DNA from: a bacterium
Lineage (GTDB): Bacteria; SAR324; NAC60-12
Assembly (NCBI GenBank): GCA_965205865.1
Contig: CBDBHR010000028.1
Location: 563,656-627,655, forward strand
DNA: 64,000 bases
Direction: 5' to 3'
Position numbers and translations under genes: made by a program. The notes under the pieces are model-generated. The model did no database searches. It saw only the letters and a list, made by a program, of their open reading frames with translations, and was not told the DNA's origin. Within the stretch, counting starts at the first letter, position 1. Each line of letters starts with the position of its first letter. Below, piece after piece: positions 51,636 to 61,426 of the stretch.

Positions 51636-52517
51636 TCATTTGGTTTGTTTTTTTGGGTATTTGCCCATGATAAAATTATGGCCGAGAAGCGGCTGGGCTG
51701 CAAAAAGCCCACCGTCGACGGGTAAGACTACGCCCGAGATCCAACCTGCCTCGTCACTGGCCAGAAAAACGGCAGCCCAGGCGACATCCCAGGGAGTGCC
51801 CTCGGTTCCCAACGGGACGACTTGCCGTCGTCGCTCCCGAAGATCGGAAGGCAGGTGGCTTGTAAATGCGGAGTGCAGATGACCCGGAGCGATGCAATTG
51901 GCTCGAATGCCATCCCGTCCATGCCACGCTGCGGTTGTTTGGGTTAAAATATGGAGAGCTCCTTTGGAAACCGAGTAAGGTACTCCGTAGTGGTCGGCAG
52001 CGGCAATGGCATCGCAAGACGAGAAATTGACAATCGATCCTCCTCCTGAGGCGATCATGGCAGGAATAGCATGCTTACTTGCCAGCATGGCACTTTTCAG
52101 ATTTAGATCCATGGCCCATTCCAATTCGTTTTCATCAAATTCCGCAACACCGGACCCTTTACTTTTCTCACTCGAGATTCGACTTTGTCCACCAAAGCCA
52201 AGATTGTTGACCAGTACGTGCAAGCCGCCAAAGCGTTCGACCGCCTCACTCACCATTGCGCGACAATCTTCATTTTTAGTACCATCTCCGGTGAAAATCG
52301 ATGCTTCGCCGCCAATCTCTTCTCTAATGGTTTCTACGGTTCGTGCCGCATTTTCAGCCGTCAAGTCGGCCACCACGACTCTGGCGCCTTCCTTGGCCAG
52401 ACAAATCGCCGTGGCTCTGCCGGTACCTGACTCACCCTCGTAGCCACCACCTCCGGTGACGATAGCAACTTTGCCCCGCAGTCTGGGTTCTCGTTTTCCG
52501 TATGATTCAAAATTCAT
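51636..52517 (-). CDS. SDR-family oxidoreductase
   Basis: GKVAIVTGGGGYEGESGTGRA...; YxxxK. Confidence 0.75.
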   Translation of the reverse strand: MNFESYGKREPRLRGKVAIVTGGGGYEGESGTGRATAICLAKEGARVVVADLTAENAARTVETIREEIGGEASIFTGDGTKNEDCRAMVSEAVERFGGLHVLVNNLGFGGQSRISSEKSKGSGVAEFDENELEWAMDLNLKSAMLASKHAIPAMIASGGGSIVNFSSCDAIAAADHYGVPYSVSKGALHILTQTTAAWHGRDGIRANCIAPGHLHSAFTSHLPSDLRERRRQVVPLGTEGTPWDVAWAAVFLASDEAGWISGVVLPVDGGLFAAQPLLGHNFIMGKYPKKQTK

Positions 52518-52559
52518 AGTATGGCTCTCCGGTATATTAAGCGGGGATGCGCAGGCGTC

Positions 52560-53438
52560 TCAATCCATTAAGACGCCGCCGTCGATCGTAATGGATAACC
52601 CGGTCAGAAAGTCGGATTCGGAGGAAACCAAATAAGCGGCAGTTTGTGCCACGTCCCGAGGAGTGCCAATCCGTCTCAGTGGTGTGCCGGATAAGGTTCT
52701 TTTTTTGATTTCTTCCAAATGGTCTGCCGTAGAAACGCCATCAGGCGCGGTAGCTTCCGCAATATCAGTGTATCGCTCAGTTAGTATCATGCCCGGGCAG
52801 AGCGCGTGGACTTGAATGCCATGGGGTCCGAGTTCCTTGGCCAGGGATTGAGTCAACCCCCGTATGGCAAATTTCGATGCGCAGTAGGCTCCAAAGTTTG
52901 CGGCGCCAAACTTACCCGAAAGGGAGGACATATTGAGAATCTTGCCTCCCCGACCCTGTTTTATCATCACTCGAGCCACGGTTTTGCAGCACAGAAAAGT
53001 GCCTTTCGCGTTCACTCGCTGCACTCGGTCCCATTCTTCCTCTTTTAATTCTACCAAAGGAACTCGATCCTCACCTGCTGCCGTGCCGGCGTTGTTGACC
53101 AGGATATCGATCTGTCCGAAGCTCCGCAAAGTTTGGCGGACTATTTCCTCGACGTCACCTGCCTGGGAAACATCGCCCAGGATCGCCAAAGCTTTCCCCC
53201 CCAATTCTTCAATTTCACGCACCACATCCGGCAACCCGGCCCAACTTGTCGAGTTTTTGGGGTTAGCCATATAATCAGTGACGACCACATCGGCTCCTTC
53301 CCGAGCCAATCGAGTGGCAATGGCTCGTCCAATACCTTGTTCGCCACCCGCTCCAGTCACCAAGGCCACTTTTCCTGCAAAATTGTATGTCATTTTGGAA
53401 TCCAAAGTTTTCAAAAACTCGAATTCTATCAATTTCAT
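52560..53438 (-). CDS. SDR-family oxidoreductase (start may be at 53393)
   Basis: AGKVALVTGAGGEQGIGRAIA...; YCASK. Confidence 0.75.
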   Translation of the reverse strand: MKLIEFEFLKTLDSKMTYNFAGKVALVTGAGGEQGIGRAIATRLAREGADVVVTDYMANPKNSTSWAGLPDVVREIEELGGKALAILGDVSQAGDVEEIVRQTLRSFGQIDILVNNAGTAAGEDRVPLVELKEEEWDRVQRVNAKGTFLCCKTVARVMIKQGRGGKILNMSSLSGKFGAANFGAYCASKFAIRGLTQSLAKELGPHGIQVHALCPGMILTERYTDIAEATAPDGVSTADHLEEIKKRTLSGTPLRRIGTPRDVAQTAAYLVSSESDFLTGLSITIDGGVLMD

Positions 53439-53622
53439 TTGGGAATTACAAGCATAAAGTTTTCTGACCGTTGATCACTTTTATGTAAAATGGAAAATTT
53501 TATTTTTGGTTTGAAAGAACCTGAGTTTTATTTTGGACAATATTTGATAATAAACCTGTGGTTAATCACAGCCGTAAACAATTAATTTGGCCGCTCCTTC
53601 CCTTAAGAAATTTACCAAAGAA

Positions 53623-53900
53623 TCAAAATATTCTCTCGTCAATTTCTCGTTACGCACCAAACTTTCAAATTTGATGCTCAACTTCCCAGAAAACTCACTC
53701 AATTGATAAAAGAAACCGGTCATGGTGCCATGCATACGCTTGAACTTCCCAAAAGGAATAAAACGACTGACACTGAAATTCTTAAATACGTGAATGATCA
53801 AGACTGCGTCCTCGTCACAAAAGATCAGGATTTTGTCAATTCCTTCCTTGTCTCTCGCCATCCTGATAAGTCATTACCACCGGCAGAGCCGGTGGCTTGA
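53623..53900 (+). pseudogene. DUF5615 PIN-like toxin remnant (no start codon; 3' end encoded by IR-L)
   Basis: ...TFKFDAQLPRKLTQLIKETGHGAMHT...TDTEILKYVNDQDCVLVTKDQDF matches DUF5615 from N- to C-terminus, but the expected ATG is replaced (ACT TTC) and there is an upstream in-frame stop at 53620; the last codons (PAEPVA*) lie inside the inverted repeat. Confidence 0.4.
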
Positions 53901-54434
53901 AAAGGCCCCCAGGATGGGGGCAAAACGTGCTCGTATTCGTAAAACGTGCTCGTGAACGTGAACGAAAGGGGTTATGCTAGATCATGAAAAATTAGATGTT
54001 TACCAATGTTCCATCGAATTTTTAGCATTGAGTGTCCAAATCATTGAGACATTGCTCAGAGGAAACTCTGCCTTAGTTGATCAACTGAAGCGTGCCTCAT
54101 GGTCGATTCCTCTCAATATTGCCGAGGGGTGTGGCAAAACGTCTCTTTCCGACAAGCATCGATTCTACGCGATTGCTCGAGGATCCTCTATGGAATGTGG
54201 CGCGATTCTCGATGTTCTGAAAGTTTTGAAGATCGTTCAGTCTCCATTATTCGATAAAGGAAAACAGTTACTACATCGCATTGTCGCTATGTTAACAAAA
54301 ATGTGTCAACGATCTCACTAATCGTTCACGAGCACGAGCACGGCTCACGGACACGTATACGTTACTCATGTCTGACCGGCAAAGCCTATTAGGTTCGCAC
54401 CAGCAGAGCTGGTGGTTTAATGAATTCAATTACT
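53866..54434 (+). repeat. IR-L: ~569-bp arm of a large inverted duplication, carrying a four-helix-bundle gene inside its own 21-bp stem
   Basis: ~97 % identical to the reverse complement of 59533-60092; internal stem cgtgctcgtgaacgtgaacga (53945-53965) pairs with tcgttcacgagcacgagcacgg (54323-54343) around the ORF. Confidence 0.7.
53974..54321 (+). CDS. Four-helix-bundle protein (23S rRNA intervening-sequence protein / Avd family, PF05635/TIGR02436-like)
   Basis: 115 aa; ...SIPLNIAEGCGKTS... contains the family NIAEG motif; a second copy differing at 6 residues is at 59642-59989. Confidence 0.65.
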   Translation: MLDHEKLDVYQCSIEFLALSVQIIETLLRGNSALVDQLKRASWSIPLNIAEGCGKTSLSDKHRFYAIARGSSMECGAILDVLKVLKIVQSPLFDKGKQLLHRIVAMLTKMCQRSH

Positions 54435-54941
54435 GCTTGTTTCGACAGGAAATATCAAAAATCGGGAGTTAGAAAAGATATTTTCAACAAAGCCGGATCA
54501 AATCATCCGTTTATTTCAAGAATATCATTTCGTTGAATTGAGCAAAGAGTTTCTTCTCATTCATGAGTAAGCCACCTTCACAAGTACACACACGCAACAT
54601 TGTATTACAACATGTCATCTCGACGCCTGGAGAGATCTAAAGATTCCTCGCCTTTGGTTCGGAGTGATACAACAACGGATGTGCTACAATGTCATGTATT
54701 AGTAAAGCCAAAAGCTATTTCGCGTCAGCGACTCGCTATTGTCTAAAAGGAAATTTGTAATATTTTAGCGCGCTTCTCAATAATACTTGACATTGACTGC
54801 AGGGATAGCGGATAGTGCGACAGTTTTTTGTTCCTCAGTCGGAGAGCGAAGGTTACCAAAACCGTGGTGAGCGCCTCGAGGTGGCGCCTGTTCATGCTGC
54901 TCCCAAACCTGCAATATCGTATAGGAAGGATCGAGTTTAAA

Positions 54942-56018
54942 ATGCTTGAACGATTTAAGGTTCCAGAAGAGATTGCCGTCCGCGTCAATCATAATGACAT
55001 GCGAATGACGGTTGGAGCAATCTTTCAAAAGATGGAGATGCCGGAAGCCGATGCTCGACTGGCGGCTGATGTCCTCATGTATGCGGATATCCGCGGAATC
55101 GAGACCCATGGGGTCTCCAACATGATGCCTGTTTATATCAAAATGTTTCGCGACGGAAAGATCAATCCGACTCCCAACCCTCGGATCATCGCCGAAGCGC
55201 CTGCCGTGGCGACGCTTGATTCGGACCGGGGATTCGGCTTGGTGGTCGGCCCACAAGCCATGGATATGGCCATTGAACGCGCAAAAAAATATGGGATAGG
55301 CGCCATTACTCTAACCAACGGCGCTCATTTTGGGGCAGCCGCTTATCACGCCGCAATGGCTCTGAAACACGACATGATTGGAATGGCAATGACCACAGGC
55401 TGGTTGGCTCTGGTTCCCACTCATGGCGCCAGACCGATGGTGGGCTTGAATCCCTTGGCAGTTGCCGTACCGGCGCAACAAGAACCCCCTTTCCTCTTTG
55501 ACGCCACCATGAGTTCTGTTGCCGGGAACAAGATTGGTCTGGCAAAAAGGCTCGGCGTGGATGCTTTGCCGGGTTGGATTGCGGAGAAAGACGGCAGCCC
55601 GATTATGGAGGAAGGACCCATTCCCTCGGAATGGATGTTGCTTCCGCTCGGCGGCACCCGCGAGATAGGATCTCATAAAGGCTACTCGCTGGCGATGATG
55701 ATCGAAATACTATGTGGCGTCTTGGGAGGCGATGGCGCCGGTCCCTTCAGACGTCAGGATCCGTCGCACCACTTTCTGGCCTACAACGTCAGTGCATTTG
55801 GCGATGTCGAAGCCTTCAAGCAGGAGATGGACATCTACCTCCGCAGTCTGCAAGAAACGCCTGCGGCACCCGGTGAAGATCGCGTGGTGTATGCAGGATT
55901 GCAGGCGCGCGAAGAAGAGATTTCGCGAATGGAGAAAGGTATTCCGTATCACCCCGATGTCATCGAATGGTTCCACGGAATCACCAGCGAACTGGACTTA
56001 CCGGACCGCTTCCGCTGA
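54942..56018 (+). CDS. Ldh_2-family (malate/L-lactate/sulfolactate-type) NAD(P)H-dependent dehydrogenase
   Basis: MLERFKVPEEIAVRV...ADVLMYADIRGIETHGVSN...GSHKGYSLAMMIEILCGVLGG matches Ldh_2 hallmarks; RBS aggaagga upstream of the ATG at 54942. Confidence 0.7.
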   Translation: MLERFKVPEEIAVRVNHNDMRMTVGAIFQKMEMPEADARLAADVLMYADIRGIETHGVSNMMPVYIKMFRDGKINPTPNPRIIAEAPAVATLDSDRGFGLVVGPQAMDMAIERAKKYGIGAITLTNGAHFGAAAYHAAMALKHDMIGMAMTTGWLALVPTHGARPMVGLNPLAVAVPAQQEPPFLFDATMSSVAGNKIGLAKRLGVDALPGWIAEKDGSPIMEEGPIPSEWMLLPLGGTREIGSHKGYSLAMMIEILCGVLGGDGAGPFRRQDPSHHFLAYNVSAFGDVEAFKQEMDIYLRSLQETPAAPGEDRVVYAGLQAREEEISRMEKGIPYHPDVIEWFHGITSELDLPDRFR

Positions 56019-56102
56019 GAATTTAATCAATCTTTCGGCCATCTCTTTGCCACCAGGAACGCTGAATTTTGATGGTGATGGCAGTCATGCTTCTTATTCC
56101 GG

Positions 56103-57107
56103 CTACCAGGCATAGGCTTCGGGAGCTTCTCCCCCCGGTCCGGGCCAGATTTCATCCAGTTTGTCCAGCGTCTCACGATCCAGCGTGACCTCGGTCGCGC
56201 GTACCGAACTTTCCAACTGCGCTAATGTACGAGGGCCAATGATCACCGAGGTCACTGCCGGGTTGTGAAGGAGCCAGGCTTGAGCTACTACGGCAGGCGT
56301 CTCTCCCAATTGCTTGCAAAGGGATTCATACCGTTCGAGTTGGTTTCGATGTTCAGCCACGAATATTTCATAACCTTTATCGTGACCCCTGCGTCCACTC
56401 TTCGGAGGTTTTTGCAAGATTCCGCCGAGACGCCCGCCATGCACGGGACCCCAAGGAATCAAGCCGAGTCCATAATACCGGCAAGCAGGGATCACTTCCA
56501 ACTCTGCGGTACGGGTACAAAGGTTGTATCTCGTCTGCTCGCTAACCAGTCCCATCATGTTTCGCCGCGATGCTTCCTGACAAGCGGTGGCAATGTCCCA
56601 GCCTGCAAAGTTGGAGGAACCAACGTAGTTGACCTTACCTTGCTTCACGAGACTGTCGAAAGCCTGCCAGGTCTCTTCCCAGGGACATTCCCGGTCGATA
56701 TGATGCATTTGATAAAGATCTATAATGTCCGTTTGCAACCGACGCAATGAGCCTTCTATTTGTCGGCGGATCTTGACGGCTCCATAACAATTCGATTGTC
56801 GATTCGGTTCTGCTCTCATGCCCTCCTTCAAGAACGCGGAGTAGACCTTGGTCGTCATCACAACCGCGTCCCTGCGACCATCGCCCTGAGCGAACCAACG
56901 TCCCACGAGTTCTTCGACAAGACCATATCCCCACTGGTATCCATAAGCGTCGGCGGTATCGAAGAAATTGATACCGAGCTCCAATGCTCGATCCATGATG
57001 GCGAAACTATCTTTTTCATCGGTCACCGTTCCTAAATTCACAGTGCCGAGGCACAGGTTGCTCACCAAGGTGCCATGTCTACCCAATCGCCTGTGTTCCA
57101 CTGCCAT
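56103..57107 (-). CDS. Aldo/keto reductase
   Basis: RRLGRHGTLVSNLCLGTVNLG...INFFDTADAYG; typical AKR N-terminus and length. Confidence 0.75.
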   Translation of the reverse strand: MAVEHRRLGRHGTLVSNLCLGTVNLGTVTDEKDSFAIMDRALELGINFFDTADAYGYQWGYGLVEELVGRWFAQGDGRRDAVVMTTKVYSAFLKEGMRAEPNRQSNCYGAVKIRRQIEGSLRRLQTDIIDLYQMHHIDRECPWEETWQAFDSLVKQGKVNYVGSSNFAGWDIATACQEASRRNMMGLVSEQTRYNLCTRTAELEVIPACRYYGLGLIPWGPVHGGRLGGILQKPPKSGRRGHDKGYEIFVAEHRNQLERYESLCKQLGETPAVVAQAWLLHNPAVTSVIIGPRTLAQLESSVRATEVTLDRETLDKLDEIWPGPGGEAPEAYAW

Positions 57108-57245
57108 GATTTTCTCCTCGTCTCAGTTTTTCATACCAGGTACCTGCTACCTGTTTCAAATTTGCGTACTCGTAATTCAATTGGCGCAACCTTCCCCCCG
57201 CTCACGTTTCCGGTGATACAACCCCTTTTACTCACTCGACAATTC

Positions 57246-57405
57246 TAAGGAACAAACCTTGAATAACCTGTAATTCTTCCAATGGCGTGAGCAAAATTGG
57301 GGGACATGTACAGCGGCATCCCAACTCTACTGTTTTATGCCTGCTGTTACCTGTACCCTAATTTTGCGTATCCATACTTCTAACTTATTTAAATTTCATT
57401 CCTAA
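57246..57405 (-). repeat. Repeat family C copy 2, ~140 bp upstream of the AKR start
   Basis: Reverse complement is near-identical to 5227-5397. Confidence 0.6.
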
Positions 57406-57676
57406 GATCTCGTAAGTCATTGAAAAATTAAGTCTGTGTTGCGCACTTTGTCATTCCCGCGAAGCATGTCCCCCTGAAAGAGAGGAACGAGAATATGAAA
57501 AGAGGCAAGGGGGATTTCCCAAAACGTTATCCTATCAAACGTCTCAAGGGATAACCAGCATAAATATTGATCTAATTGACTCGGCAACAGAAATGGATAA
57601 ATTTTAAGGGCACCTTTCATTTTCCAGTTTACAGTTCCCTAAGTTGAGCGATTCGTAATAAAAAAAGCTCCCAACC

Positions 57677-59156
57677 TTGGGAAAAATGTGTTATATTTCA
57701 GTGGTTAAAATAAAAAAATTCACAAAATCTAACACAACCCAACAGGTAGAGAGCTTTATGGAAAAAAATATAACAGTTCAGGATAAAAAGAAACAGATAA
57801 TTGATGCCATTCAGCCAACCGATGAACACTTGACAAGTCGTGCCGGATTGGCCTTGTTTGCCCAGTATCTGCAAAGCATTCGGCTGATGCCGATCATCGA
57901 AAGGTTGTTTGGTTCGATGCGTAAAAATAAAAAAGGAATTGCTGTCTCTGATTTTTTTGCGCAGATCCTCTGTTTTTTCATGGACGGCAGCAGCCGTCAT
58001 CTCAGTTGGTTCGATCACCTCAAAAGGGGCGAGGGTTATGCCGCCTTGCTGTCATGCAGTGAGCAAGACCTTGCCTCCTCGCATGCCGTGAAAAGATTTT
58101 TTGGAAAGTTCTCTTTTGTACGAGTCTACCTGTTTCGTCATCTGCTGCAGATACTGTTTATCTGGAGACTGAAGAAGACTTGTCCAACGGTGATTGTGTT
58201 GGGTCTGGATTCGATGGTACTTGATAATGATGATGCCCTGAAACGCCATGGTGTCCAGCCGACTTACAAGATGGTCAAAGGATTTCATCCCCTGCAGATG
58301 AATTGGGGTCGTTATATGGTTGACGCAGTTTTTCGCGGAGGTAGCAAACATTCGAATCACGGGAAAACTGTTCAGAATATGCTGGTTCATATCGTGAAAA
58401 GGATTCGCCGCCAATACCGAGATGATGTACCAATCATGGTGCGCATGGACACCGGTTTTTTTGACGAAAAAATCTTTGAAACCTGTGAACGACTGAACAT
58501 CGGTTAGCTGAAGCGGAGGAAAGTCCTATGCCAATGTGAGGAATGCTGCGGAAGAAGCCACTGACTGGCAGACCTTCACTTCATCGGGCAAGAAGGAGAT
58601 CTGGCAGTACACCGAGTTTAAGAGCCAGCAGGGGACATGGAAGAAGGCTCGTCGCACGATCTACAGCCGCTTGATTGAACACGATAGCCAACTCTCTTTG
58701 CCGGGTTTGGATCATGATGGCGTGATCATTACGAACCTTGGTATGGGAGAGGCCATTGATGGCCAACTCAGCCAAGCCGCTGAAGAAAAGCGCATCGATG
58801 CTCATAGCATCCTTGGCTCGTACCACGGACGGGGAAAGGATGAACTGGCCAACCGGGCGCTGAAAAACTTTGGTCATCAACAACTTCCCTTCAAGGACTT
58901 CATTTCCAATACCGCATGGTACTATCTGATGCTGCTTGGCAATAACCTCTTCGAATCCTTCAAAGAAGATGTCAGCAAGCCAGTGATTGCGGTAACGATG
59001 TATGCTGATACCTTCCGGCGCCAGTTTCTTGATACGGCAGGCAAACTGCTTCGTCATGCCGGAAAACTGATCTTGAAAATACCAAAAAAGACCTTTGAGC
59101 GCTTGCAATTGGACCAACTATTTGCCACCTGCCAGCACGCATTGGCGCCAATCTGA
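57677..59156 (+). pseudogene. IS1380-family transposase split by a frameshift (ORFs 57677-58507 and 58536-59156)
   Basis: N-terminal HLTSRAGLALFAQYLQSI... and the C-terminal DDE part are in different frames; IS1380 transposases are normally a single ORF; IS termini not identified. Confidence 0.6.
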
Positions 59157-59398
59157 TCAACGGGTTTCGCTTCAATTAAAAAACAAAAACATTAAAGTTT
59201 AAGGGGATAAGTGCGTCCAAAACATGAGAAATGAAGACCTTCCACATCTGAAAACAGCATTTTGATGCTCATTCTCACTCAAACATCCATGGATTTGATG
59301 ATCAAAATCTGATTTCAGAATGATTGCCTTTCTCAGGCAAAAAAATCATCTTGAAAATCTGATCCTTTTTTAGAATCGCTCAATTTGGGAGTTCCTCT

Positions 59399-59466
59399 GT
59401 CATCCTCGCGAAGGCGGGGATCCATCTTCGTGACTACCACTGGATTCCTGCCTGCGCAGGAATGAC
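59399..59466. repeat. Family-B palindromic element
   Basis: gtcatcctcgcgaaggcggggatcc ... ggattcctgcctgcgcaggaatgac. Confidence 0.45.
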
Positions 59467-59532
59467 AACAAAGGCGGCAAACTGTAAACTACTTTTTTCT
59501 ATTTTTGAAGGGTCCCATTTTAAGCAATATTA

Positions 59533-60092
59533 ATTGAATTCATTAAACCACCAGCTCTGCTGGTGCGAACCTAATAGGCTTTGCCGGTCAGGCATGAGTA
59601 ACGTATACGTGTCCGTGAGCCGTGCTCGTGCTCGTGAACGATTAGTGAGATCGTTGACACATTTTTGTTAACATAGCGACAATGCGATGTAGCAACTGTT
59701 TTCCTTTATCGAATATTGGAGACTGAATGATCTTCAAAACTTTCAGAACATCGAGAATCGCACCACATTCCATAGAGGATCCTCGAGCAATCGCGTAGAA
59801 TCGCTGCTTGTCGGAAAGAGACGTTTTGCCACACCCCTCGGCAATATTGAGAGGAATCAACCATGAGGCGCGCTTCAGTTGATCAACTAAGGCAGAGTTT
59901 TCTCTGGGCAATGTCTCAATGATTTGGACACTCAATGCTAAAAATTCGATGGAACATTGGTAAACATCTAATTTTTCATGATCTAGCATAACCTCTTTCG
60001 TTCACGTTCACGAGCACGTTTTACGAATACGAGCACGTTTTGCCCCCATCCTGGGGGCCTTTTCAAGCCACCGGCACTGCCGCTGGTGATGA
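59533..60092 (-). repeat. IR-R: ~560-bp arm of the large inverted duplication
   Basis: Reverse complement matches 53866-54434 with a few mismatches. Confidence 0.7.
59642..59989 (-). CDS. Four-helix-bundle protein (23S rRNA IVS protein / Avd family), second copy
   Basis: 115 aa; 109/115 identical to the 53974-54321 product. Confidence 0.65.
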   Translation of the reverse strand: MLDHEKLDVYQCSIEFLALSVQIIETLPRENSALVDQLKRASWLIPLNIAEGCGKTSLSDKQRFYAIARGSSMECGAILDVLKVLKIIQSPIFDKGKQLLHRIVAMLTKMCQRSH

Positions 60093-60123
60093 CTTCCTAT
60101 TCTTTCAAAATCATCCTGTGAAC

Positions 60124-60226
60124 GTCATCGCTCCCTGCTCCCCGCTTTCGCGAGGACAAGTTTCGCGAGGATGACATATAAACTAGGATACTCAAATTAT
60201 TGAAGATTTATGTCGAACTCGGGTTA
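60124..60226 (-). repeat. MITE-A partial copy (TIR-proximal ~100 bp), truncated at the IR-R junction
   Basis: Reverse complement aacccgagttcgacataaatcttcaataatttgagtatcctagtttatatgtcatcctcgcgaaacttgtcctcgcgaaagcggggagc matches the left end of copy 1 (3250-3345). Confidence 0.5.
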
Positions 60227-60417
60227 AATTAGTTGGAGAGAGGTTATCTTTCAAACTCCTTTTACCCTCCACCTCCAGGGCCTGCCCCTCGCATATTCCC
60301 GCGCTCCCGTCCGTCCGAATAACGAAGCGGAAGGAGCAGATATACGAAGAACACTCGAGACTGCAGGAGTGATTCAGGTCGATGAAGCCCGTCTTTGAAA
60401 AATATTCTTTAAAATTC

Positions 60418-61197
60418 CTACCAACAAGTGAATCCGCCATCGACAACCAGCACGCCGCCTGTCATTAAACTGGAAGCTTCACTTCCCAGAAACAGGACTG
60501 CCGAGGCGATTTCGTGGGATTCGCCGATGCGATTCTGAGGAGTCGCTTCTTTCATTTTTGCCAGGATTTCCGGCCTTTCCAAGCCTTTCTTCGTCATATC
60601 CGTCGCAATATAAGTGGGGGCAACCGCATTGACCCGCACGCCCCGGCTGGCCCATTCGACGGCCAGGCATTTAGTCAGTTGGTGAACGGCAGCTTTGCTG
60701 GCATTGTAGGCGGCTTGGGAGAACCCATTGTTGACAACGATGCCGGACATGGAACCCAGATTTACAATACTGCCCCGCTCTTGCGCAAGCATGATATTTC
60801 CAAAAGCCCGGCAACACCAAAATACGCTGTTGAGATTGATGTCGATCGTTTTATTCCAACTCTCATCCTGCAGGGCTTCACCTCTTATGCCGTTCCCCCC
60901 AATGCCTTGACTGTTGACCACAATATCCACCTTTTGATGCGTTTGTTGGATGGTAGCTGCCAGGGAATCGACCTGCCGGGTGCTGGTCAGATCCACAATA
61001 TGCGCCGTCGCCTCCACTTTTCTTTCCTCACGCAATCGTTGGGCGGAGGCTTCGACTTCCGGTAAGATGTCGCTCAATACCAGAGCGGCGCCACATTCTG
61101 CAAACGCTTCTGCGCAGGCATAACCGATTCCGCGGGCGCCACCATTGATGACCACGACTTTGCCAGTGAGTCTATACTTTTCCAAATACATAAGCAT
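60418..61197 (-). CDS. SDR-family oxidoreductase
   Basis: GKVVVINGGARGIGYA...; YNASK. Confidence 0.75.
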   Translation of the reverse strand: MLMYLEKYRLTGKVVVINGGARGIGYACAEAFAECGAALVLSDILPEVEASAQRLREERKVEATAHIVDLTSTRQVDSLAATIQQTHQKVDIVVNSQGIGGNGIRGEALQDESWNKTIDINLNSVFWCCRAFGNIMLAQERGSIVNLGSMSGIVVNNGFSQAAYNASKAAVHQLTKCLAVEWASRGVRVNAVAPTYIATDMTKKGLERPEILAKMKEATPQNRIGESHEIASAVLFLGSEASSLMTGGVLVVDGGFTCW

Positions 61198-61426
61198 TCC
61201 TTATTTGTTAATTGGTTGGCTTTGATTTTCTATTTCAGTCCTTCCTGGTTCGAGAAAGATTCCAGGAAAATACCAGACAATGCATTTACCGGATCCCGAA
61301 TCGAGCTCAGAATCGAGCTCAGGATGACAAACTATTGAAATCATTAATTATTCTAAAAACAACAACAAATATCACATCCTTCGGAATAATCGACGTGGAG
61401 TGATTCGATTCCAATTGATTGGAGAC

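Noticed and set aside
53562-53861. 99-aa minus-strand ORF
   Set aside because: Antisense to the DUF5615 remnant, which has clear family similarity. No features of its own.
57600-59230. Attempt to define IS1380 terminal inverted repeats
   Set aside because: No convincing inverted termini were found flanking the two transposase ORFs. Element boundaries are left undefined.
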